Source: Vicinamibacterales bacterium (GTDB lineage: Bacteria; Acidobacteriota; Vicinamibacteria; Vicinamibacterales; CAVVIG01). Taken from it: a stretch of DNA of 64,000 nt. This document shows, piece after piece, positions 16,897-25,042 of this stretch. The position numbers were made by a program, and so were the translations under genes. Positions within the stretch are counted from its first letter, which is position 1, and every line of letters begins with the position of its first letter. The notes under the pieces were generated by a model, which made no database searches, had not been told where the DNA came from, and saw only the letters and a list, made by a program, of their open reading frames with translations. The stretch spans positions 302-64,301 of the forward strand of contig DASZFS010000504.1 in assembly GCA_035939575.1 (NCBI GenBank), in the 5' to 3' direction.

Positions 16897-17877
16897 ATGC
16901 TGATACGGAAGGCCGCCAACATCAAGTCGTCCGAGATCACACCGAAGCAGATGTACGTGCGCCGGCGCGAGTTTCTGGCGTCAGCGGGCGCGGCTATCGC
17001 CGCCCTGGCGACCGGCACGCTCGACGCCAGTCCCGCCGCCAGACCGGGGGGAAGGGGCCCCCGGAGTGAAGGCGACAAGGTGCCGGTGACGAAGCGAACC
17101 GTCACGACAACGGACCCGCCAACGCCGTACGAAGTGGTCACGACATACAACAATTATTACGAGTTCGGCAGCAACAAGAGCGACCCCGCCCGGAACGCCG
17201 TCGCATTCAGGCCCAAGCCGTGGTCGGTTGCGGTTGAAGGCGCCTGCGGCAAGCCGGGCGTCTACACGCTGGAGGACATCCTCAAGCCGCACGCCTTCGA
17301 AGAGCGCGTCTACCGCCACCGGTGTGTCGAGGGCTGGTCGATCGTCGTACCCTGGGTCGGTTTCCCGCTCGCCGATCTGCTGAAGCGTTTCGAACCAGCC
17401 GGCAGCGCAGCGTTCGTCGAGCTCATCACCGTGTTGCGTCCGGAGGAGATGATCGGCCAGCGCGACCGGCTCTCGTCGCTTCTTCCGTGGCCGTACAACG
17501 AGGGGCTTCGCCTGGACGAGGCCATGCACCCACTGGCGCTGCTGGCGGTCGGCTTGTATGGCGAGGAATTGCCCAATCAGAACGGCGCCCCGCTCCGTCT
17601 CGTCGTCCCCTGGAAATACGGCTTCAAGAGCATCAAGTCGATCGCCAAGATCCGGTTCGTGGACAAGGCGCCGGTGACCACATGGATGAAGGAAGGGCCG
17701 ATGTACTACGGCTTCTACGCCAACGTGAATCCCGCCGTCACCAGATCCACGTTCCGCGACCAGTCCACCGAGCGGCGCCTCGGCGAGTTCTTCATGCGGA
17801 AGACACTTCCTTTCAACGGCTACGCCGATCAGGTCGCCGGCCTGTACGCCGGCATGGACCTTCGGCGAAATTACTAG
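16897..17877 (+). CDS. msrP: Protein-methionine-sulfoxide reductase catalytic subunit MsrP (YedY)
   Basis: Contains SSEITPKQMYVRRREFLASAGAAIAALA (Tat-like), YNNYYEFG and HRCVEGWSIVVPWVGFPLADLL. Confidence 0.85.
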   Translation: MLIRKAANIKSSEITPKQMYVRRREFLASAGAAIAALATGTLDASPAARPGGRGPRSEGDKVPVTKRTVTTTDPPTPYEVVTTYNNYYEFGSNKSDPARNAVAFRPKPWSVAVEGACGKPGVYTLEDILKPHAFEERVYRHRCVEGWSIVVPWVGFPLADLLKRFEPAGSAAFVELITVLRPEEMIGQRDRLSSLLPWPYNEGLRLDEAMHPLALLAVGLYGEELPNQNGAPLRLVVPWKYGFKSIKSIAKIRFVDKAPVTTWMKEGPMYYGFYANVNPAVTRSTFRDQSTERRLGEFFMRKTLPFNGYADQVAGLYAGMDLRRNY

Positions 17878-17895
17878 CGCCTAGCCAGACAGAAC

Positions 17896-17955
17896 GGGGC
17901 TGAAGACTCATGACCGCGTGCAGTTGCCTACGCCTTCGTCTTCAGCCCACCTCAG
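17896..17955. repeat. REP/MITE-like element, copy B (solo left arm plus tail module)
   Basis: GGGGCTGAAGACTCATGACCGCGTGCAGTTGCCTACGCC followed by TTCGTCTTCAGCCCACCTCAG. It lies between convergent stops at 17877 and 17959. Confidence 0.75.
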
Positions 17956-17958
17956 ACC

Positions 17959-18906
17959 TCAATGCGGCCTCTCCCACGCCTTCCACGTGATGACGTACTG
18001 GTCCACGTTCTCGGCCGTCACCACATCGACGCCGGAGTCGATGATCGGCGTCGGAGGCATCCGGCCGGCTTTGATGTCGGCGAGCAGCCGCACGGACTCG
18101 CTGCCCCAGCCGAAGTACTTCTGTCCGAGCAGCACCTGCACCTTGCCGGCTTTCAGGAGATCGGGCGCTGGCGGAATCGTGTCGAACGAGATCACCTTGG
18201 TCGTCGCCGGCACCGCGGCGAGCGCGTTGCGCGTGAACACCGGCCAGCCCCCGACCGAGATCCATGCAGCGAGATCCGGGTACCGGTTCGTGCCCGTCGC
18301 AATGATCTCGGCGCAGTGCACCGTGTCCTCCTTGATGTCGTAGACCTCGACGATCGACATGCCGGGGTGCTGCGCGAGCACGTCACGCACACCCTGGAGC
18401 CGCCGCTCCAGGTTCACCGCGCCCATGCTGGTGATGAGTGCGACCTTTCCCTTCCCGCCGAGCAGCCGCACGGCATGCTCGGCGAGAATGCGGCCGGCCG
18501 CGAGGTCGTCCACGCCGTAGAATGCCAGCCGCTTCGACTTCGGCGCGTCGGCATCCCAGGTGACGACGGGGATGCCGGCATCGACCGCGCGGTTGATTGT
18601 CTCGGTCAGGAAATCGCCGTTGAGACACGAGATGGCGATGCCGTCCACGTGCTGCGTGATGAACGACTCCAGAATCTCCTTCTGGCGCAGCTGGTCAGCG
18701 TTCTCGGGCCCGCGCCAGATGACGTCGATGTTCGCGCGCTTCGCCGCTTCGCGCTCGGCGCCGACCTTCGCGTAGTTGAACACCGGGAGGTCGAGTGACT
18801 TGGGAATGACGGCGAACCGCAGCGTGCCGGGCGCGCCGCCCCGCGCCCCGCCCCCGCATGCGCCCATCGTCGCAACGATGACGGCCGCGCTCACAATCCA
18901 TTTCAT
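17959..18906 (-). CDS. Sugar ABC transporter substrate-binding protein (ribose/monosaccharide type)
   Basis: Starts MKWIVSAAVIVATMGACGG (lipoprotein) followed by a periplasmic-binding-protein type I fold (VVTWDADAP..., GKGKVALITSMG). ATG 18906 overlaps the permease stop. Confidence 0.85.
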   Translation of the reverse strand: MKWIVSAAVIVATMGACGGGARGGAPGTLRFAVIPKSLDLPVFNYAKVGAEREAAKRANIDVIWRGPENADQLRQKEILESFITQHVDGIAISCLNGDFLTETINRAVDAGIPVVTWDADAPKSKRLAFYGVDDLAAGRILAEHAVRLLGGKGKVALITSMGAVNLERRLQGVRDVLAQHPGMSIVEVYDIKEDTVHCAEIIATGTNRYPDLAAWISVGGWPVFTRNALAAVPATTKVISFDTIPPAPDLLKAGKVQVLLGQKYFGWGSESVRLLADIKAGRMPPTPIIDSGVDVVTAENVDQYVITWKAWERPH

Positions 18907-19868
18907 TACTGGTCTCCTCCCCGTGTCCGGCCCTGCAACACACGATCTGCAACGACGATGACGATGACGACGAGGCCGACGATGAGGCGATCGTAGAACG
19001 TCGCGCCGGGAATCTGAGGCAGCGCGTTGCGCAGCACGCCGAAGATCAGCGTCCCGAGCACCGCGCCCAGAACCGACCCGCGGCCGCCCGCCAGGCTGGC
19101 CCCGCCGACAACCGCCGACGCGATGATGTCGAGCTCGTATCCCATCGCGAGATCGGCCTTGCCCTGTCCCTGCACGACGGTCAGTGCCACGCCGGAAATG
19201 GCCGCGAGCACGGCCGAGATGAGGTACACCGACGCCTGCACCAGCCCGACGCGCACACCCGAATAGAGCGCGGCCGTCGCGTTCCCGCCGACCGCGAAGA
19301 CTGCGCGCCCCCACTGAAACCGGGTCATCAGGATCTGGAATGCCAGGGCAAGCACGACCATCAGCAGAGGGGACGTCCAGTCGAGCGGCACGCCCGCCAG
19401 GTGCCAGCCGGGCGGCAGCGCGCCCGAGACATCGAAGTAGCGCCCCTCGGTGATGATGAATGCCGCGCCGCGCGCGACGCCCATGACGCCGAGGGTCGCG
19501 ATGAACGGCGGCAACCCAGCCACGACAACCAGCGCGGCGCTCGCCGCGCCGCAGGCGGCACCGGTCACGATTCCAGCTGCCGCGCTCGACGCCAGGCTCC
19601 AGTGGCCCTGCACGAACAGCGCTCCGGTGACGACGCCGGCGAGCGCGATGACGGCACCCGGCGCGAGATCGACGCCGCCGGCGATGATGACAATGGCCGC
19701 ACCAATCGCCGCGATGCCGTAGATCGACGAGTACTTCAGCACGAGCAGCGCGTTGGCGGCGTTGAAGAACGGGTGCGCTCGGCCGCCGGAGGGCCAGAGA
19801 TACCAGCTGAAGAACACGATTTCGGCGAACAGGATCGCGACGGTATTGAGCTCGCGTGCCTGCCACAT
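18906..19868 (-). CDS. Sugar ABC transporter permease (RbsC-like)
   Basis: MWQARELNTVAILFAEIVFF... is a multi-TM protein with GGVDLAPGAVIALAG and GGASLAGGRGSVLG. ATG 19868 chosen; the upstream Arg-rich extension is discarded. Confidence 0.85.
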   Translation of the reverse strand: MWQARELNTVAILFAEIVFFSWYLWPSGGRAHPFFNAANALLVLKYSSIYGIAAIGAAIVIIAGGVDLAPGAVIALAGVVTGALFVQGHWSLASSAAAGIVTGAACGAASAALVVVAGLPPFIATLGVMGVARGAAFIITEGRYFDVSGALPPGWHLAGVPLDWTSPLLMVVLALAFQILMTRFQWGRAVFAVGGNATAALYSGVRVGLVQASVYLISAVLAAISGVALTVVQGQGKADLAMGYELDIIASAVVGGASLAGGRGSVLGAVLGTLIFGVLRNALPQIPGATFYDRLIVGLVVIVIVVADRVLQGRTRGGDQ

Positions 19869-19873
19869 CCGCC

Positions 19874-21382
19874 TCACGCCACGCCTCCATCGGGCGTGGC
19901 CGCCAGATTCATCACCTGCTCTTCGGTGAACGACGGCGCCCCTGCGGCGATCTCGCCGCGGATTCGCCCCTCGCGCATCACGAGCAGGCGATCCGCAAGC
20001 GCGAGCAGCTCGGGCAGATCGCTCGATACGACCAGGCACGCGACGCCGTCAGCCGCCATCTCGCGCACCAGCGCGTGGATCTCGTACTTGGCGCCGACGT
20101 CAACGCCTTTGGTCGGCTCGTCCAGCAGGAGGACGCGCGGCTGCACGGCGAGCCACTTGGCGGCAACGACCTTCTGCTGGTTGCCGCCGCTCAGCACGTC
20201 GGGTGTCGCGTCGACCGAAGGCGCGGCAACCCGCCAGCGACGGAGCAGCTGTGCCGCGACCGCGCGCTCCGACGCGCGCACGACGCGTACGCGCCGCGCC
20301 TCGACCGAGGGCAGCACCAGGTTGTGCCGCAGGCTCAGGTTGAAGAACAGCCCCTGCCGTTGTCGGTCTTCGGGCACGAGCACGACGCCGCCTTGCGCCG
20401 CTTCGCGCGGCGTTCGGAAACGGCAGACGCGGTCGCCGACGGCGGTTGCGCCACTGTCGCGCCGGTGCACGCCGACGATCGTCTCCAGCAGCTCGGTGCG
20501 CCCCGAGCCGACCAGGCCGAACAGGCCGACGATCTCACCGCGCTCGATCGACAGCGACACGTCCTCGAAGCAAGGCCGCCGCGTCAGGCGCTCCACGCGC
20601 AGCCCCGGACCGCCGGCGCTGCGCGCCCGAGCCGTGGAGTGGCGCGGCGGGATCGCTCGTCCCACCATTGCCTGCACCACATCGTCGGTCGTCGCTTCCG
20701 CCCGCTGAAACGTGCGAACGTACCGCCCGTCGCGGAGTGCGGTAATCCGATCACACAGACGGAATACCTCCGGGAGCCGATGCGACACGTAGATGAGCGT
20801 GACGCCGCCGTCCCGCAGCCCCTCGAGAATCCGGAACAGATGGTCCGTCTCGGCGGCTGTCAGCGAGGTGGTTGGCTCATCGAGAGCGAGCGTGCGGCAG
20901 TCGAACGCGAGCGCGCGCGCGACCTGGAGCAATTGGCGGTACGCCAGCGGCAGCGTGTCGACCAGCGCATCGGGTGACACAGGCAGGTGCAGGCGCGCCA
21001 GCAGCTCTCGAGCGCGGTCGTGCATCGCGGTTTCGCGCAGCCGGCCGAATCGCGCCGTCAGCTCGCGGCCGGCGAAGATGTTGGCCGTCACCGACAGGTT
21101 CGGAAAGGCGAGCATCTCCTGATGCACGAGACCGATGCCCCGCAGCAGCGCATCCCGCGGGCTCGCAAGCGTCACCGGTGCGCCGTGCAGGCGGATCTCG
21201 CCGCCGTCAGGCTTCAGGCTGCCGGCGAGGACCCCGAGCAGCGTCGACTTGCCGGCGCCGTTCTCGCCGTCGATCGCATGCGCATCGCCGGCGTCTACGG
21301 TGAAGCTGACCCCGCGCAGCGCGGCAACTGCCCCGAACGACTTGTCGACGTGCCGGAACTCGACGGCGGGTGTCCGGTCCAC
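19874..21382 (-). CDS. Sugar ABC transporter ATP-binding protein (duplicated ABC domains, RbsA/MglA-like)
   Basis: Walker A GENGAGKSTL, a second domain with GLVGSGRTEL, and signature LSGGNQQKV. Confidence 0.9.
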   Translation of the reverse strand: MDRTPAVEFRHVDKSFGAVAALRGVSFTVDAGDAHAIDGENGAGKSTLLGVLAGSLKPDGGEIRLHGAPVTLASPRDALLRGIGLVHQEMLAFPNLSVTANIFAGRELTARFGRLRETAMHDRARELLARLHLPVSPDALVDTLPLAYRQLLQVARALAFDCRTLALDEPTTSLTAAETDHLFRILEGLRDGGVTLIYVSHRLPEVFRLCDRITALRDGRYVRTFQRAEATTDDVVQAMVGRAIPPRHSTARARSAGGPGLRVERLTRRPCFEDVSLSIERGEIVGLFGLVGSGRTELLETIVGVHRRDSGATAVGDRVCRFRTPREAAQGGVVLVPEDRQRQGLFFNLSLRHNLVLPSVEARRVRVVRASERAVAAQLLRRWRVAAPSVDATPDVLSGGNQQKVVAAKWLAVQPRVLLLDEPTKGVDVGAKYEIHALVREMAADGVACLVVSSDLPELLALADRLLVMREGRIRGEIAAGAPSFTEEQVMNLAATPDGGVA

Positions 21383-21403
21383 CTTAGCCTTTGAATCGCG
21401 TGC

Positions 21404-21532
21404 TCACGTCGCGTACATGACGCCGAGTCCGCCGTCAGCCGCGCCTTCCGCCGGACACTTCTCGACAATGGCTCGCCCGATCCGACGAGCGCCCCCGGTG
21501 ACCAGCGCAATCTTTCGGTCCAGCCGCCCCAT
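21404..21532 (-). pseudogene. Remnant of a short-chain dehydrogenase gene (N-terminal 42 codons only)
   Basis: A minus-strand ATG at 21532 gives MGRLDRKIALVTGGARRIGRAIVEKCPAEGAADGGLGVMYAT*. This is the TGGxxxIG Rossmann start of an SDR, and it stops 21 nt before the ABC ATPase start. It is too short for the ORF track. Confidence 0.45.
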
Positions 21533-21562
21533 GTCTTCGGTGCGGTAATACTATACGGTTCC

Positions 21563-22735
21563 ATGACCCATCGACGCGCGCCGGCGCCGCCGCGCGTGGC
21601 CGTCGTGCTGGCAGTCGCGAGCCTGGTGGCCCTGGCGGCGGCGTCGGCTTGCCGCGGGTCGGGAAACGGAAACGCCACGATGACGCACGCACCCTACGGA
21701 CGCCTGTCCGACGGCGCCACCGTCGAGATCTTCACGCTCACGAACGCCCGCGGCACGGAGGTGCGGACGATTCCGTACGGCGCGATCATCGTTTCGATCC
21801 GCGTGCCGGATCGCAGCGGGCGCCTCGACGATGTCGTGCTCGGGTTCGACACGCTCGACGGCTACGTGATGAGGAGCCGGTACTTCGGCGCCGTCGTCGG
21901 ACGCTATGGCAATCGGATCGCGCAAGGGCGCTTCGCGCTTGACGGCAGGACCTACCAGCTCGCCACCAACAATGGCGTCAACCATCTCCATGGCGGCGTC
22001 AAGGGGTTCGACAAGGTCGTCTGGCGCGCGGAGCCGTTCCAGCGCGACGGCGTGGTCGGCGTTGTCTACTCGCTCACGAGCCCGGATGGCGACGAAGGAT
22101 ATCCGGGCACGCTCACTGCGCGCGTCACCTACTCCCTGACGCCTTCCAATGAGGTCACGGTGGAGTACGACGCCTCCACGGACCGGGCCACGCCTGTCAA
22201 TCTCACGCAGCACAGTTACTTCAATCTCGCTGGCGAAGGCAGCGGTGACATCCTTGACCATCGGCTGACGATCGACGCGGACCGCTTCACGCCGGTGGAC
22301 GCGACGCTGATCCCGACCGGCGAGCTTGCGCCGGTGGAGGGAACGCCGTTTGACTTCAGGCACGCCACGGCGATCGGCGCACGCATCGATACAGGTGTGG
22401 TGCAGCTCAAGTACGGCACCGGGTACGACCACAACTGGGTCTTGAATCGCCGCTCCCAGGGCCTGCAGCACGCCGCACGCGTGGAGGACCCGAAGAGCGG
22501 GCGTACGCTTGACGTCTCGACGACGGAGCCCGGCCTGCAGTTTTACGCCGGGAACTTCCTCGATGGGACGATCACAGGCAAGGCCGGACATGTGTACGAG
22601 CGGCGGTCCGGCCTGTGTCTGGAGACGCAGCACTTCCCCGACTCACCCAACCACGCGGACTTCCCGTCCGCGATCGTGCGACCGGGCCGGCATTATCAAT
22701 CGACAACCGTGTTCGCGTTCGGGGTCTCTGAGTAA
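21563..22735 (+). CDS. galM: Aldose 1-epimerase (galactose mutarotase), lipoprotein
   Basis: Contains YFGAVVGRYGNRIAQGRFALDGRTYQLATNNGVNHLHGG, TNLTQHSYFNL and ETQHFPDSPN. The signal peptide has lipobox AASAC. Confidence 0.85.
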   Translation: MTHRRAPAPPRVAVVLAVASLVALAAASACRGSGNGNATMTHAPYGRLSDGATVEIFTLTNARGTEVRTIPYGAIIVSIRVPDRSGRLDDVVLGFDTLDGYVMRSRYFGAVVGRYGNRIAQGRFALDGRTYQLATNNGVNHLHGGVKGFDKVVWRAEPFQRDGVVGVVYSLTSPDGDEGYPGTLTARVTYSLTPSNEVTVEYDASTDRATPVNLTQHSYFNLAGEGSGDILDHRLTIDADRFTPVDATLIPTGELAPVEGTPFDFRHATAIGARIDTGVVQLKYGTGYDHNWVLNRRSQGLQHAARVEDPKSGRTLDVSTTEPGLQFYAGNFLDGTITGKAGHVYERRSGLCLETQHFPDSPNHADFPSAIVRPGRHYQSTTVFAFGVSE

Positions 22736-22744
22736 AGGAGCTGC

Positions 22745-25042
22745 ATGATTTCGCGCCGGGATCTGCTGAAGCGCGCCGCAACCGTCGGATCCGGCGCGCT
22801 CGTGGCCGCGCGCGGTGTCCGCGCGCAAGAGCGCACAATCCTGATCGCCGGCCGGCCAGCCGAGGTCCGAATCACCGAAGCGAGCGCCGTGACCGCGCGT
22901 ATCACCGTGGCCCCCGAAGGCGCGCCGTTGGAGGTTCGCGGCGATGGGGCGCTGGTCGAGCGCGCGTGGCCCGCACCCGCCCGGCGACTACGGGCGCGCG
23001 CGCGCGCCGAAACCGTGCGATGCGGCGCTCTGGCGCTGGAGCTGTCCGCCGATCCTTCCGCGGTGCGGATTGTCGCGCGCGCCAGGGACGGGCGCGTCGT
23101 GCAGCGCCTCTGGGTGGACGCGCAGACGGGCGCGCTCCGCTTCTCGATCGGAGACCGGCCGGTACTCGGCCTGGGCGAGGGGGGACCGCAATTCGATCGA
23201 CGCGGATCGATCGATCGCATGCGAAGCGGTCAGGGCGGCTACCAGCTCCGCACGCACGGCGGACGCGTGCCGGTGCCCTGGATCATCGGCACGAGCGGCT
23301 GGGCGCTCTTCATCCACCAGCCGTACGGCACGTTCGACTTCACCGGGAGCGAAGGCCGGTTTCTCGCGGCGCAGACGGACGGGGCCAACCCTGGGGACCT
23401 CGTCGCGCCGCTCGACATCCTCGACCTGTTCTTGGTAGGCGCGCGCGAGCCGGCGGCCGTCATGGCGGAGTACGCGAAGCTCACCGGCTACCCGGAGATG
23501 CCGCCGCTCTGGTCGCTCGGCTATCAACAGTCACACCGGACCCTCGCCAGCCCCGACGAGATCCTTCAGGAGGCCAGAACATTTCGCGAAAAGAAGCTGC
23601 CGTGCGACACGATGATCTACCTTGGCACCGGCTTCTGCCCGTCGGGTTGGAATACCGACAACGGCGAGTTCACGTTCAACAAGAACGTGTTTCCCGATCC
23701 GCCGCGCATGATTCAGCAGCTGCACGACGACCACTTCAAGGTCGTGCTGCACGTCGTCCTCGAGGGCAAGCGACTCGAGGGCGCCGTGTCGGATCGCTGC
23801 GCGGCGGCGCCGTTGCCCAGCGGTCGCACACCGGATGGCCACTGGCCCGATGACCGGCAGGCCAGCTGCTACTGGCCGGCGCACAAACCGCTGTTCGACG
23901 CCGGCGTCGACGGGTGGTGGCCGGACCAGGGCGATGGCCTCGACGCGCCCTCACGCCTCGCGCGCAATCGGCTGTACTGGGACGGCTCGCGCCAGTGGCG
24001 CCCGAACGAGCGCCCTTTCGCGCTGCACCGCAACGGGTCTCCGGGGATGCAGCGCTACGCGGCGTTCCTGTGGTCGGGCGACGTCTACTCGACGTGGGAG
24101 ACGCTGAAAACGCACGTGCCCGTCGCGATCAACACGGGATTGAGCGGCATTCCCTACTGGGGCACGGATATCGGCGGCTTCGTGCCAACCAGGGAGCTCA
24201 CTGGCGAGCTCTACGTCCGCTGGTTTCAGTTTGCGTCGTTCTGTCCGCTCTTCCGCGCGCACGGGCGCACGTGGAAGCTGCGCCTGCCGTGGGGCTGGAA
24301 CACCGGTGACCTCGCGCCCGACGAAATCTCCAACTACTCCGGCGGCGCGGCCAATCCGGACGCGAGCGAGCTGCACAACGCGGCGGTGGAGCCAATCTGC
24401 CGGAAGTATCTCGAGCTGCGCTATCAGCTTCTGCCCTACCTGTACAGCGCGGTCCGCGAGGCGCACGAGACCGGCCTGCCCATCATCCGGGCTCTCTGGC
24501 TGCACTACCCGGACGACCCGCTCGCGGTTGGCCGGAGCGATGAATATCTGTGGGGCCGCGACATGCTGGTCGCGCCCGTCACCGAGCGGGCCGCGACGTC
24601 GCGTCTGGTATATCTGCCCCGCGGAGGCTGGTACGACTTCTGGACCGAAGAGGCGCACGCCGGTGGCGCCGAGATTCGGCGCGCAGTCGATCTCGGGACG
24701 CTGCCGATCTTCGTGCGTGGAGGGGCGATACTGCCCATGGGGCCGGTGAAACAGTACACGGGTGAGCAGATCGACGGCCCCCTGGCGCTGCAGATCTACG
24801 CCGGTGCCGACGGCACGTGCGCGATCTATGAGGATGACGGCATGAGCTTCAACCACGAGCAGGGTGACTGGATGGGGCTGGACGTGCGCTGGACCGACCG
24901 CGATCGCCGGCTCGACATGCGGCTTGCGCCCGGTTCACGGATGCGGGCGCCGCGGGAACGCCGGATCACCGTGCGCCTCGCCGGCACGCCAGTAACGCGC
25001 GAGGTCACGTTCTCAGGGGCTGCCCTGCAGGTGCGGCTGTGA
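22745..25042 (+). CDS. Glycoside hydrolase family 31 (alpha-glucosidase/alpha-xylosidase type), Tat-exported
   Basis: Tat signal MISRRDLLKRAATVGSGA. Also GVDGWWPDQGDG and GIPYWGTDIGGF. AAGGAG lies upstream of ATG 22745. Confidence 0.85.
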   Translation: MISRRDLLKRAATVGSGALVAARGVRAQERTILIAGRPAEVRITEASAVTARITVAPEGAPLEVRGDGALVERAWPAPARRLRARARAETVRCGALALELSADPSAVRIVARARDGRVVQRLWVDAQTGALRFSIGDRPVLGLGEGGPQFDRRGSIDRMRSGQGGYQLRTHGGRVPVPWIIGTSGWALFIHQPYGTFDFTGSEGRFLAAQTDGANPGDLVAPLDILDLFLVGAREPAAVMAEYAKLTGYPEMPPLWSLGYQQSHRTLASPDEILQEARTFREKKLPCDTMIYLGTGFCPSGWNTDNGEFTFNKNVFPDPPRMIQQLHDDHFKVVLHVVLEGKRLEGAVSDRCAAAPLPSGRTPDGHWPDDRQASCYWPAHKPLFDAGVDGWWPDQGDGLDAPSRLARNRLYWDGSRQWRPNERPFALHRNGSPGMQRYAAFLWSGDVYSTWETLKTHVPVAINTGLSGIPYWGTDIGGFVPTRELTGELYVRWFQFASFCPLFRAHGRTWKLRLPWGWNTGDLAPDEISNYSGGAANPDASELHNAAVEPICRKYLELRYQLLPYLYSAVREAHETGLPIIRALWLHYPDDPLAVGRSDEYLWGRDMLVAPVTERAATSRLVYLPRGGWYDFWTEEAHAGGAEIRRAVDLGTLPIFVRGGAILPMGPVKQYTGEQIDGPLALQIYAGADGTCAIYEDDGMSFNHEQGDWMGLDVRWTDRDRRLDMRLAPGSRMRAPRERRITVRLAGTPVTREVTFSGAALQVRL

